A stretch of DNA of 64,000 nucleotides, taken from assembly GCA_016929095.1 (NCBI GenBank), contig JAFGJM010000002.1, positions 233,580 through 297,579 of the forward strand, given 5' to 3'. The DNA comes from Anaerolineales bacterium. Its GTDB lineage: Bacteria; Chloroflexota; Anaerolineae; Anaerolineales; UBA4823. The notes beneath the pieces were generated by a model. It was given only the letters and a program-made list of their open reading frames with translations, did not search any database and was not told where the DNA came from. The first letter of the stretch is position 1; every line of letters starts with the position of its first letter. Position numbers and translations under genes: made by a program. Below are positions 1 to 7,731 of this stretch, in pieces.

Positions 1-386
1 CGCGTGTCGTGGCGCGAATTTTCGATCCTAAAAGAGCAGAAATATATCGTCGCCTGGGTCTTCTAACCATTTCGCCGACCATTTGGGGCGCCGAAAGGAT
101 TCGCGAACTCATTTTACATTCCGAATTAGACCCCCGCTTAAGTTTCGGCAGTGGCGATGTGAGCATCTTCTCGATAGAAGTGCCAATGCATTTGATCAAC
201 CGGCAAGTAAGAGATCTCTCTGTGCCAGGAGAAGTCAATGTCATCGCTATCACACGGAAATCCAGGGCTTTTCTTCCTGCATCAGGGACAGAATTTCAAA
301 AAGGGGATATCATTCACCTGGTTGCTTCAGCAGAAGCTATGGAAAGAACAAAAACCCTGTTAGGGATGAGTGAAGGAGGCCTGTAA
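1..386 (+). CDS. TrkA/KtrA-family K+ uptake regulatory protein, 3' part (gene starts upstream of the window)
   Basis: The reading frame is open from the window edge. The translated C-terminus (VNVIAITR...GTEFQKGDIIHLVAS) looks like a TrkA-C/RCK_C domain. Its stop overlaps the next start (TAATG). Confidence 0.7.
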   Translation, partial: RVVARIFDPKRAEIYRRLGLLTISPTIWGAERIRELILHSELDPRLSFGSGDVSIFSIEVPMHLINRQVRDLSVPGEVNVIAITRKSRAFLPASGTEFQKGDIIHLVASAEAMERTKTLLGMSEGGL

Positions 387-1075
387 TGTTCGTCATCGTG
401 GTTGGTGGTGGAAAAACAGGGTCGCAACTGAGCACCCTCTTACGCAATGAAGGGCATACCGTAAAAATAATCGAAAATCGCGATTCGGTCCTTGAACGGC
501 TGCGCATGGAGCTGCCAGAGGAGAGTATTGTCGCGGGAGATGGAAGTTCTCCTAAAACCCTGGAGGCTGCAGGAATAGAATCTGCCCATGTATTAGCGGC
601 AGTTACAGGAGAGGACGAAGCGAATTTAGTGGTGACCTCTTTGGCGCGCTTTGAATACAAAGTACCTCGCACTATTGCACGGGTGAACAATCCCAAAAAT
701 GCCTGGTTATTCGATCAGGATATGGGCGTGGATGTTGCCCTCAGCCAACCGGATATTCTTGCCAAACTCATCGTCGAAGAGATGTCATTGGGTGATATGA
801 TGACCTTGTTGAAAATGAGGCGGGGCGAGTATTCGGTAGTCGAAGAAAAAGTTCATCCTACATCCGTTGCTGCCGGAAAAGCTGTTCGGGATATCGATCT
901 TCCTCCGGAATGTGTACTGGTAGCCATTCTTCGCTCCGGACGCTTGATCATCCCACGTGGCGATACGGAGATAAAAGAAGTAGATGAAGTCATCGCATTG
1001 GTGCATTCCTCTCAAGTAACAAAATTAGCTCAAATTTTAAGTGGCGAAACCTTTTCTAAAAATATCAAAGTATAA
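386..1075 (+). CDS. trkA: TrkA/KtrA-family potassium uptake protein (RCK N + C domains)
   Basis: N-terminal Rossmann motif VVGGGKTGSQL and a C-terminal TrkA-C-like segment (VAILRSGRLIIPRGDTEIKEVDEVIALV). 229 aa. Confidence 0.85.
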   Translation: MFVIVVGGGKTGSQLSTLLRNEGHTVKIIENRDSVLERLRMELPEESIVAGDGSSPKTLEAAGIESAHVLAAVTGEDEANLVVTSLARFEYKVPRTIARVNNPKNAWLFDQDMGVDVALSQPDILAKLIVEEMSLGDMMTLLKMRRGEYSVVEEKVHPTSVAAGKAVRDIDLPPECVLVAILRSGRLIIPRGDTEIKEVDEVIALVHSSQVTKLAQILSGETFSKNIKV

Positions 1076-1080
1076 TTAGT

Positions 1081-1109
1081 TTGACGAACTCAACTCGATA
1101 AGGTATAAT
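1081..1109 (+). promoter_or_regulatory. Sigma70-type promoter candidate for the rpmH-rnpA operon
   Basis: TTGACG (1081-1086), a 17-nt spacer, then TATAAT (1104-1109), about 60 nt upstream of the rpmH ATG. Confidence 0.45.
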
Positions 1110-1168
1110 CGCATTTCGTCTGTTTTATTGTGAAATAGATAGAAATCAAGATGAAACAGGAATTATAA

Positions 1169-1345
1169 ATGGTCAAACGTACTTATCAACCGAAAATCCG
1201 CCGCCGGGTTCGCGTGCATGGCTTTCGCTCCCGAATGTCATCCGCCGGTGGGCGAAAAGTATTAAAAAGCCGTCGCCTCAAAGGCAGGTATCGCTTAAGC
1301 GTTACCAAAAACGAACACGTTAAACATGTTAATTGGAAAAGCTAA
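1169..1345 (+). CDS. rpmH: 50S ribosomal protein L34 (58 aa, below the ORF-track length cut-off)
   Basis: Manual translation gives [45 protein letters not shown]..., the classic L34 sequence. It sits directly upstream of rnpA, as in most bacteria. Confidence 0.9.
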   Translation: MVKRTYQPKIRRRVRVHGFRSRMSSAGGRKVLKSRRLKGRYRLSVTKNEHVKHVNWKS

Positions 1346-1411
1346 GTCTTCCGGCAATTAAAAGTCGGGGATTATAGACTTGTGATTCCATGAGTTTTTA
1401 TAATATACAAG

Positions 1412-1780
1412 GTGAAACGCAAGTTTCGACTGACAAAATCAGCCGATTACAAGCGGGTGAGGCGGACCGGAAAATCATTTGCCCACCCGCTTATCGTGTT
1501 GATTATTCTTCCCAACGATTTGGACTATCCTCAGATAGCCGTATCTGTAAGTCGTTCGATGGGAAATGCCGTAATACGCAATCGTGCCAAACGACGCATA
1601 AGAGCTTGTTTACAATCAATAATGAACCGAATAAAACCCGGTTGGAATCTGGTTTTTATTGCCAGACGCCCCATCAGATATTCAAATTTTCGGCAGTTGA
1701 ACGATGCAATTATGGAACTATTAATCAAAACAGATCTCCTTTCAGAACTTGATGGCAACCAACGAATACTTAATGAATGA
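1412..1780 (+). CDS. rnpA: Ribonuclease P protein component
   Basis: GTG start. Basic 122-aa protein ([16 protein letters not shown]...[12 protein letters not shown]) in the conserved position after rpmH. Confidence 0.9.
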   Translation: MKRKFRLTKSADYKRVRRTGKSFAHPLIVLIILPNDLDYPQIAVSVSRSMGNAVIRNRAKRRIRACLQSIMNRIKPGWNLVFIARRPIRYSNFRQLNDAIMELLIKTDLLSELDGNQRILNE

Positions 1781-2060
1781 TCACTTAATTCTGGAACAAC
1801 CTGTTGAGCCACGTCTGCGTGATTTGCCTTTTGCATGGCAAAATATTCCTCGTTATCCAGTTTTAGCACTCATTCGTTTATATCAAATGACCATCTCCCG
1901 TGGTCTACCATCTAATACCTGCCGCTTTTATCCATCCTGCTCCCATTATGGATACCAGGCGATTTATAAATATGGATTGTTCAAAGGCGGGTTAATGGCT
2001 GCCTGGCGGGTGCTCAGGTGTAACCCTTTTAATCCTGGGGGGTATGACCCCGTTCCCTGA
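1752..2060 (+). CDS. yidD: Membrane protein insertion efficiency factor YidD
   Basis: Carries the YidD signature [46 protein letters not shown]. The start is uncertain (TTG 1749, ATG 1752 or ATG 1773) and overlaps the rnpA end. Confidence 0.85.
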   Translation: MATNEYLMNDHLILEQPVEPRLRDLPFAWQNIPRYPVLALIRLYQMTISRGLPSNTCRFYPSCSHYGYQAIYKYGLFKGGLMAAWRVLRCNPFNPGGYDPVP

Positions 2061-2103
2061 TTATGCTTGATGTATACATAAATCTCAATCAAAGAAAAAA
2101 ACG

Positions 2104-3183
2104 ATGAAACTCAGAAATCTCTCTTGGCTTGCTCTTTTCCTCATTATGTCAACAGGAATATTAAGCGGATGTACGGGTTCTACCACGGTAGCATCCAGTT
2201 GGCCAGGTCTATTTGTAGATCAAGACACTGCCTACGTGGCATACAACACACAAGTGTATGCCGTCAACACCATGAATGGTAATGAAATCTGGCGTTTTCC
2301 TGAGGAAGCAAATGCGAAAACCACCTTCTATGCGCCACCGGTATTAACATCCGACAATCAATTAATCGCCGGAAGCTATAATTTTGAGCTTTACAGTTTA
2401 AATCCATCCAATGGAACGGAAAAATGGTCGTTCACAAACCCCAAAAATCGCTTCATTGGAAGCCCCCTGCTAACCGAAGCTGGAATTTTCGCATCCAATT
2501 CCGATAACACACTCTATGCTTTGGATCTTCAGGGCAATTTATTATGGTCGTATGAAGTAGGGGGAGAAATTTGGGCACAACCGGTAATGGATCCCGATGG
2601 CACCAAACTGTATCTCTCATCCTTGGACCATTATTTATACGCCGTCTCCTCCGATGGGCAATTAATATGGAAAACAAAACAAAGTTTAGGAGGCGCAATC
2701 GTCGGCTCCCCCGCGATTGGATCAAATAACACTTTATATGTAGGCTCTTTTGGGAGTAAGATGTTTGCCATTAATGCGGACAACGGTGAAATTCTCTGGA
2801 GCTTCCCCACCGAAGCCTGGGTTTGGTCAGGCCCCGTATGTAAAGATAACGTATTATATTTTGGCGATCTAAACAATGCTTTCTACGCGTTAGATGCAGA
2901 AAATGGCAAATCCCTTTGGCAATACCCTACCGACGGACCCGTTGTCGGCACCCCTCTCGTTACAGAAGATACTATTTATTTTGGAACAGAAATCGGTACA
3001 TTATATTCTTTAGATTTCCAGGGAAATCTTAATTGGAAGAAAACGATTGATGCCAAAATTTATCAGTCACCAGTTCGGTCTGGCGACTTATTACTATTAG
3101 CGCCTGTAGCTAAAGAAAATATTCTCATAGCTTTTGACCTGAATGGCAATCAAAAATGGGTTTTTACACCAGCCAAGAAATAA
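2104..3183 (+). CDS. PQQ-like (BamB/YfgL-type) beta-propeller repeat lipoprotein
   Basis: Lipobox LSGC after an N-terminal hydrophobic segment. Repeated motifs of the type 'LYALDxxGNLLW', 'LYAVSSDGQLIW', 'FYALDAENGKSLW' and 'LYSLDFQGNLNW' are typical of PQQ-like propeller blades. Confidence 0.75.
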   Translation: MKLRNLSWLALFLIMSTGILSGCTGSTTVASSWPGLFVDQDTAYVAYNTQVYAVNTMNGNEIWRFPEEANAKTTFYAPPVLTSDNQLIAGSYNFELYSLNPSNGTEKWSFTNPKNRFIGSPLLTEAGIFASNSDNTLYALDLQGNLLWSYEVGGEIWAQPVMDPDGTKLYLSSLDHYLYAVSSDGQLIWKTKQSLGGAIVGSPAIGSNNTLYVGSFGSKMFAINADNGEILWSFPTEAWVWSGPVCKDNVLYFGDLNNAFYALDAENGKSLWQYPTDGPVVGTPLVTEDTIYFGTEIGTLYSLDFQGNLNWKKTIDAKIYQSPVRSGDLLLLAPVAKENILIAFDLNGNQKWVFTPAKK

Positions 3184-3201
3184 AAGAATTGGAATAATCG
3201 C

Positions 3202-3963
3202 ATGTGGAATACGTTCATTTTAGATCCGATGATCAATGTCCTGTTTTGGATATATAGCGTTTTGGGAAATTTCGGCGTGGCTATTATCTTATTTACAATA
3301 TTAATTAAACTGATTACCCACCCGCTGATGGCACAACAAATCAAGGGAACGCAAGCGATGCAGGAAATGCAGAAATCGAAACAATTCCAGGACATCCAAA
3401 AGAAGTATAAAAACGATCGAGAAAAATTATCTCAGGAGCAAATGAAACTCTATAAGGAATTAGGTATCAATCCTTTCGCTTCCTGCTTACCCACCTTAAT
3501 CCAATTTCCGATAATTATTGGCTTGTATCAAGCCATCATCCGCGCCCTGGCGGTTACACCGACACAATTATTGGATTTATCTTCACATATCTACCCTTTT
3601 ATCAACGGCTCAGCCCTTGTCCCGGTTAATAAATATTTCCTATGGATGGACCTCAGCCAACCCGAACGCTTGAACATACTTGGGGTCGGCATCCCCACTT
3701 TAGCGATTTTTGTAGTGATCACGACTTATTTACAGAGCAAATTAATGACTCCCCCCTCGCAACCCGGAGACCAAAGTACCCAAATGACAGCCGCGATGAA
3801 TTTATATATGCCGTTTTTCATGGGTTACCTAGCCTGGTCTTTCGCTTCTGGGCTGGCAATCTACTTCGTGGTGAGTAATATTACGACTGTTGTTCAATAT
3901 GCCGCATTAGGTAGAATAAATTGGAAAAATATAATTCCTTCTTTTTCCAAGCAAAAATCATGA
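3202..3963 (+). CDS. yidC: Membrane protein insertase YidC (short, Oxa1-like form)
   Basis: 253-aa polytopic protein with YidC-like segments (ILFTILIKLITHPL, MKLYKELGINPFASCLPTLIQFPI). Sits in the rnpA-yidD-yidC-jag context. Confidence 0.9.
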   Translation: MWNTFILDPMINVLFWIYSVLGNFGVAIILFTILIKLITHPLMAQQIKGTQAMQEMQKSKQFQDIQKKYKNDREKLSQEQMKLYKELGINPFASCLPTLIQFPIIIGLYQAIIRALAVTPTQLLDLSSHIYPFINGSALVPVNKYFLWMDLSQPERLNILGVGIPTLAIFVVITTYLQSKLMTPPSQPGDQSTQMTAAMNLYMPFFMGYLAWSFASGLAIYFVVSNITTVVQYAALGRINWKNIIPSFSKQKS

Positions 3964-3984
3964 AATATCACCCAGGAGGTGTTC

Positions 3985-4761
3985 ATGGATAATCAACGCA
4001 CCAGTTTGGAAATCATCGCCCCCTCAATACAAGAAGCCATTGCTAAAGGGCTTGAAGAATTAGGGGTTCCTGAAGAAGCAGTGCGTGTTGAAATTCTCGA
4101 CGAAGGCAGTCGTGGATTTTTAGGTTTAGGAACCCGACAAGCACGTATTCGGCTAAGCCTGGAAAATCGACAAAAATCTAAGCAGGCAGTCGAACCAATA
4201 TCCACTAAAGAAGTGGAATTACCAGAAAAAGAAGATACGACCTCTCAAACCATTACCAAGGATGAACAACAAGAACCATCTCCGGAAACATCTGATCTGA
4301 CTCTGGAAATCACCCGGCTCACCGTTCAAGAGTTATTAGAAAAAATGAAGGTAAAAGCTGAAGTCACTGCTGAATTCAATTCATCAGAAGATGAGTCAGC
4401 CAAACAATCAATTCAAGTAAATATTCATGGCAATGATTTGAGTATCTTAATTGGCAGACAAGCCGAAACGCTGAATGCTCTTCAATACATAACCGGTTTG
4501 ATCGTTTGCAAAGAAATGGGAAAATCCGTCCATATCTCGATCGATGTAGAGGGATATCGACACCGACGTGAACAACAAATCCGTCAAATAGCGCAACGCA
4601 TGGCAGACCAGGCGGTTAAAACCGGAAGACGACAGGTTTTAGAACCTATGCCGGCAAATGAACGCCGCTTGATCCATCTTGAATTGCGCAACCACCCACA
4701 AGTTTCCACGGAAAGTATCGGTGAGGAACCCCGCCGAAAAGTAACGATCATTCCAAAGTAA
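3985..4761 (+). CDS. jag: RNA-binding protein Jag/KhpB (Jag_N, KH, R3H)
   Basis: AGGAGG at 3974-3979 precedes the ATG at 3985. The C-terminal R3H-like region reads MPANERRLIHLEL. Position after yidC is conserved. Confidence 0.85.
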   Translation: MDNQRTSLEIIAPSIQEAIAKGLEELGVPEEAVRVEILDEGSRGFLGLGTRQARIRLSLENRQKSKQAVEPISTKEVELPEKEDTTSQTITKDEQQEPSPETSDLTLEITRLTVQELLEKMKVKAEVTAEFNSSEDESAKQSIQVNIHGNDLSILIGRQAETLNALQYITGLIVCKEMGKSVHISIDVEGYRHRREQQIRQIAQRMADQAVKTGRRQVLEPMPANERRLIHLELRNHPQVSTESIGEEPRRKVTIIPK

Positions 4762-4861
4762 TTTTTCGTTTGTTATCAATATATATCAACAAGGGTTCGG
4801 AGGTTGTTATTCAGCCAATGTACCCTTGTTTTTTTGAATATCTAGTTTCGGGTATAATTTA

Positions 4862-5716
4862 ATGGCGATGTTACAGCCTTTTTTTGTTGACCCAATTGAT
4901 TATCTGGTGATCGGGCACATATCTCAAGATATTACTCCCCAGGGCATCCAAACGGGTGGTACCGCTGCCTATTCAGCTTTAACCGCCAGAGCTTTAGGTT
5001 TACGCGTGGGTATTGTAACTTCATTTGCAGTGGATACCCCGCCTCCAGCAATAGCGAACATCCCGATAAGCAATTTTCCTTCTGATGTGAGTACCACCTT
5101 CGAAAACATCGTTACACCTGAAGGTCGTATTCAATATGTTTATCAAGTTGCTTCTGATCTAAGTTACAATCACATTCCCGATATCTGGCGAAACACGCCC
5201 ATCGTTCATCTTGGACCAATTGCGCAAGAAGTGGATCCTACATTAGTACGAAACTTTCCATCTTCATTAATAGGTGTAACCCCCCAGGGATGGCTACGAA
5301 CCTGGGATAAACAGGGGCGAATTTCATGCTCTGAATGGCCAGAAGGTTCCTTTGTTTTACAAGGCGCCAGCGCAGTTGTTTTAAGCCTGGAAGATGTGGA
5401 TAACCAGGAAGAAAGAATAGAAGAAATGGCAGCTTCCTGCCATATATTGGCTGTCACTGAAGGCTTCGCAGGCTCTCGTATATACTGGAATGGGGATGTG
5501 CGGCGTTTTTCACCACCCAAAGTCCAAGAGGTGGACCCTATCGGCGCAGGCGATATATATGCCACTGCGTTTTTTATCCGTCTTCAAACGACACGCGACC
5601 CCTGGGAAGCCGCCCGTTTCGCCACACAACTGGCTGCTTATTCTGTCACCCGCAGTGGTTTAGATGGTATTCCATCCCCCGAAGAAATTCAAGAATGTAT
5701 GGTCGAGGTCTTCTAA
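4862..5716 (+). CDS. PfkB-family carbohydrate/nucleoside kinase
   Basis: C-terminal PfkB signature DPIGAGDIYATAFF and an N-terminal GGTAAY segment. 284 aa. Confidence 0.75.
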   Translation: MAMLQPFFVDPIDYLVIGHISQDITPQGIQTGGTAAYSALTARALGLRVGIVTSFAVDTPPPAIANIPISNFPSDVSTTFENIVTPEGRIQYVYQVASDLSYNHIPDIWRNTPIVHLGPIAQEVDPTLVRNFPSSLIGVTPQGWLRTWDKQGRISCSEWPEGSFVLQGASAVVLSLEDVDNQEERIEEMAASCHILAVTEGFAGSRIYWNGDVRRFSPPKVQEVDPIGAGDIYATAFFIRLQTTRDPWEAARFATQLAAYSVTRSGLDGIPSPEEIQECMVEVF

Positions 5717-5720
5717 CACA

Positions 5721-6539
5721 ATGGGGCGAATATATACCTTAGTCAATCAAAAAGGCGGCGTCGGAAAAACCACTACCGCAATCAACCTTGGAGCGTATCT
5801 TGCGATGTTTGGGTTACGCGTGCTACTGGTTGACCTGGACCCTCAAGCAAATGCCACTTCCTGCCTGAAAATTGATAAACATGCGGTTAAAGGCGGCACT
5901 TACGAAACGCTACTGGGGTCTAATCAACCGGAGAATTTCATATTACACAGCCCGCGTTTGAAATTATCACTCTTACCCTCATCCCCTGCTTTAGCCGGCG
6001 CAGAAATTGAATTGGTAAACGAACTTTCACGGGAAACTCGCTTAAAACAAGCGCTAAAATCTGTTGTCTCCCGTTACGATTATATATTGATCGATTGTCC
6101 GCCTTCTTTGGGTTTATTGACTTTGAACGGTTTGGTGGCAGCAGAGAATGGCATATTAATCCCTGTCCAATGTGAATACCTGGCTTTGGAAGGTTTGGGT
6201 GAACTCACCAAAACAGTGAACCGTGTGCGCTCAGCGCTTTTCCCTGGACTAAACATTCGCGGCGTCATTTTAACCATGTACGATGGACGAACAAACCTGG
6301 CAAACGATGTCGTTAGGGAAGTACAGCGGTATTTCCCACAGCAAGTGTTTAAAGCCATCATCCCGCGAAGTATTCGCCTGGCTGAAGCGCCTTCTTACGG
6401 ATTGCCGATATCCGTTTATGCACCGGGTTCTAGCGGCGCCATTGCTTATACTTCTTTATCTCGTGAGTTATTATCCGGAGATGGTATCGTCATACCGGAA
6501 TTGGAAAATCATCTTGAGATCAATTCGATTTTCACATAA
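5721..6539 (+). CDS. parA: Chromosome partitioning ATPase ParA/Soj
   Basis: Deviant Walker A NQKGGVGKTTTAINL. The start was moved to ATG 5721 (MGRIYTLVNQKGG) because the ORF-track N-terminal extension overlaps the pfkB gene. Confidence 0.9.
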   Translation: MGRIYTLVNQKGGVGKTTTAINLGAYLAMFGLRVLLVDLDPQANATSCLKIDKHAVKGGTYETLLGSNQPENFILHSPRLKLSLLPSSPALAGAEIELVNELSRETRLKQALKSVVSRYDYILIDCPPSLGLLTLNGLVAAENGILIPVQCEYLALEGLGELTKTVNRVRSALFPGLNIRGVILTMYDGRTNLANDVVREVQRYFPQQVFKAIIPRSIRLAEAPSYGLPISVYAPGSSGAIAYTSLSRELLSGDGIVIPELENHLEINSIFT

Positions 6540-6542
6540 AAT

Positions 6543-7400
6543 ATGCCTATGAGCAAAAAATCGGGACTTGGAAGAGGATTGGATGCCTTGATCCCTGGCG
6601 GCGAGGAACAGCCCGCCGGGAATGTCATATTCATACCAATTGAGGATATTTCGCCTAATCCGCGTCAACCGCGGATATCATTCGACCCTGAAGAAATCAA
6701 TGAACTGGCAGCTTCCATCAGTGCTCATGGGGTACTACAACCCCTCATTGTGACCCAATCCGATCAATTTGGAGGCTACCAACTGATCGCCGGGCAACGC
6801 CGCTGGATGGCATCCCGGCAGGCAGGTTTACTCACCGTCCCTGCTATCATCCGCCCGGTGACCGAACAAGAACGCCTGGAAATTGCATTAATAGAAAATG
6901 TCCAACGCACCGACTTAAACCCCCTTGAAGCGGCAGAAGCTTTTCGTCAATTATCTGAAGACTTTTCCCTTTCACATGAGGAAATCGCCTTCAGAGTAGG
7001 AAAAAACCGGGCAACCATCACCAATACCCTCCGGTTATTAAAGCTGCCCGATGAAGCAAAAAATTGTCTGCTCCAAAACCAGATCAGTGAAGGGCATGCC
7101 CGGGTTTTATTATCTTTACCCACTCCTCAGGCACAATCCGCCCTGCTAAAAACAATTCTGGATCGAAATTTGAACGTCCGTCAGGCGGAAGAATTAGCGC
7201 GGAAATTAATTGGAGAACGGCCTAAATCGAAAACCAGCCATACGCCTACGCCGGAAATGACCGATCTCGAAAAACAGTTGCGCTCACGTCTTGGCACAAA
7301 AGTCAACCTTACCAGGCGCGGCAAAGGCGGGACGATTACCATTCACTTTTATTCTGATGAAGAGTTAGATTCTCTTATTAACATCATGCTTTCGGAGTAA
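6543..7400 (+). CDS. parB: Chromosome partitioning protein ParB/Spo0J
   Basis: ParB box motifs GLGRGLDALI, PNPRQPR and LIAGQRRWMASRQAG. Directly follows parA. Confidence 0.9.
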   Translation: MPMSKKSGLGRGLDALIPGGEEQPAGNVIFIPIEDISPNPRQPRISFDPEEINELAASISAHGVLQPLIVTQSDQFGGYQLIAGQRRWMASRQAGLLTVPAIIRPVTEQERLEIALIENVQRTDLNPLEAAEAFRQLSEDFSLSHEEIAFRVGKNRATITNTLRLLKLPDEAKNCLLQNQISEGHARVLLSLPTPQAQSALLKTILDRNLNVRQAEELARKLIGERPKSKTSHTPTPEMTDLEKQLRSRLGTKVNLTRRGKGGTITIHFYSDEELDSLINIMLSE

Positions 7401-7431
7401 ATTAATATCCCTAATATCTAATAAAAATACT

Positions 7432-7462
7432 AACGGGTTTCACCATGTAAGTGAAACCCGTT
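7432..7462. terminator. Perfect 12-bp stem hairpin between convergent transcription units
   Basis: AACGGGTTTCAC-catgtaa-GTGAAACCCGTT. On the minus strand it is followed by AGTATTTTTATT. It lies 32 nt after the parB stop and about 80 nt after the small minus-strand ORF. Confidence 0.5.
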
Positions 7463-7543
7463 CAAGTATGATAATCGGCAGACCCCTGGGTGGGAGCTAC
7501 CCCAAACCGCTTATCATTCCACCAATAAGCTAACTCCGCAATG

Positions 7544-7699
7544 TCACCATTGAGGCTCTATCAAATTCAAAGGATCCTCTTCCATACCCAACGGTGAACC
7601 AGCGCGTGTTTCTAAGTCAATTTCATAGACGATCATCGGCTGGCTGTAGGACTTCTTCGGTTCCGGCAGTTTTTCTGTGGATTTTTCATGTGTATTCAT
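7544..7699 (-). CDS. Untracked 51-aa ORF, candidate small secreted/RiPP-like peptide
   Basis: Manual translation gives MNTHEKSTEKLPEPKKSYSQPMIVYEIDLETRAGSPLGMEEDPLNLIEPQW. A GGAG lies 8-11 nt upstream of the ATG. The ORF is 32 nt downstream of, and co-oriented with, the GEVED-domain gene. Confidence 0.4.
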   Translation of the reverse strand: MNTHEKSTEKLPEPKKSYSQPMIVYEIDLETRAGSPLGMEEDPLNLIEPQW

Positions 7700-7731
7700 A
7701 GCTCATCTCCTCATAGACTATACAAATCGCC

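Noticed and set aside
1390-1752. 120-aa alternative-frame ORF overlapping rnpA
   Set aside because: The rnpA frame gives a canonical RNase P protein, whereas this frame gives no recognisable sequence.
1-7500. Possible oriC next to the rpmH/yidC/parAB block
   Set aside because: I looked for clustered TTATCCACA-type DnaA boxes and an AT-rich unwinding region in the intergenic gaps here, and also at 30791-31317 and 39296-39671. I found only isolated 1-2-mismatch hits and no dnaA gene.
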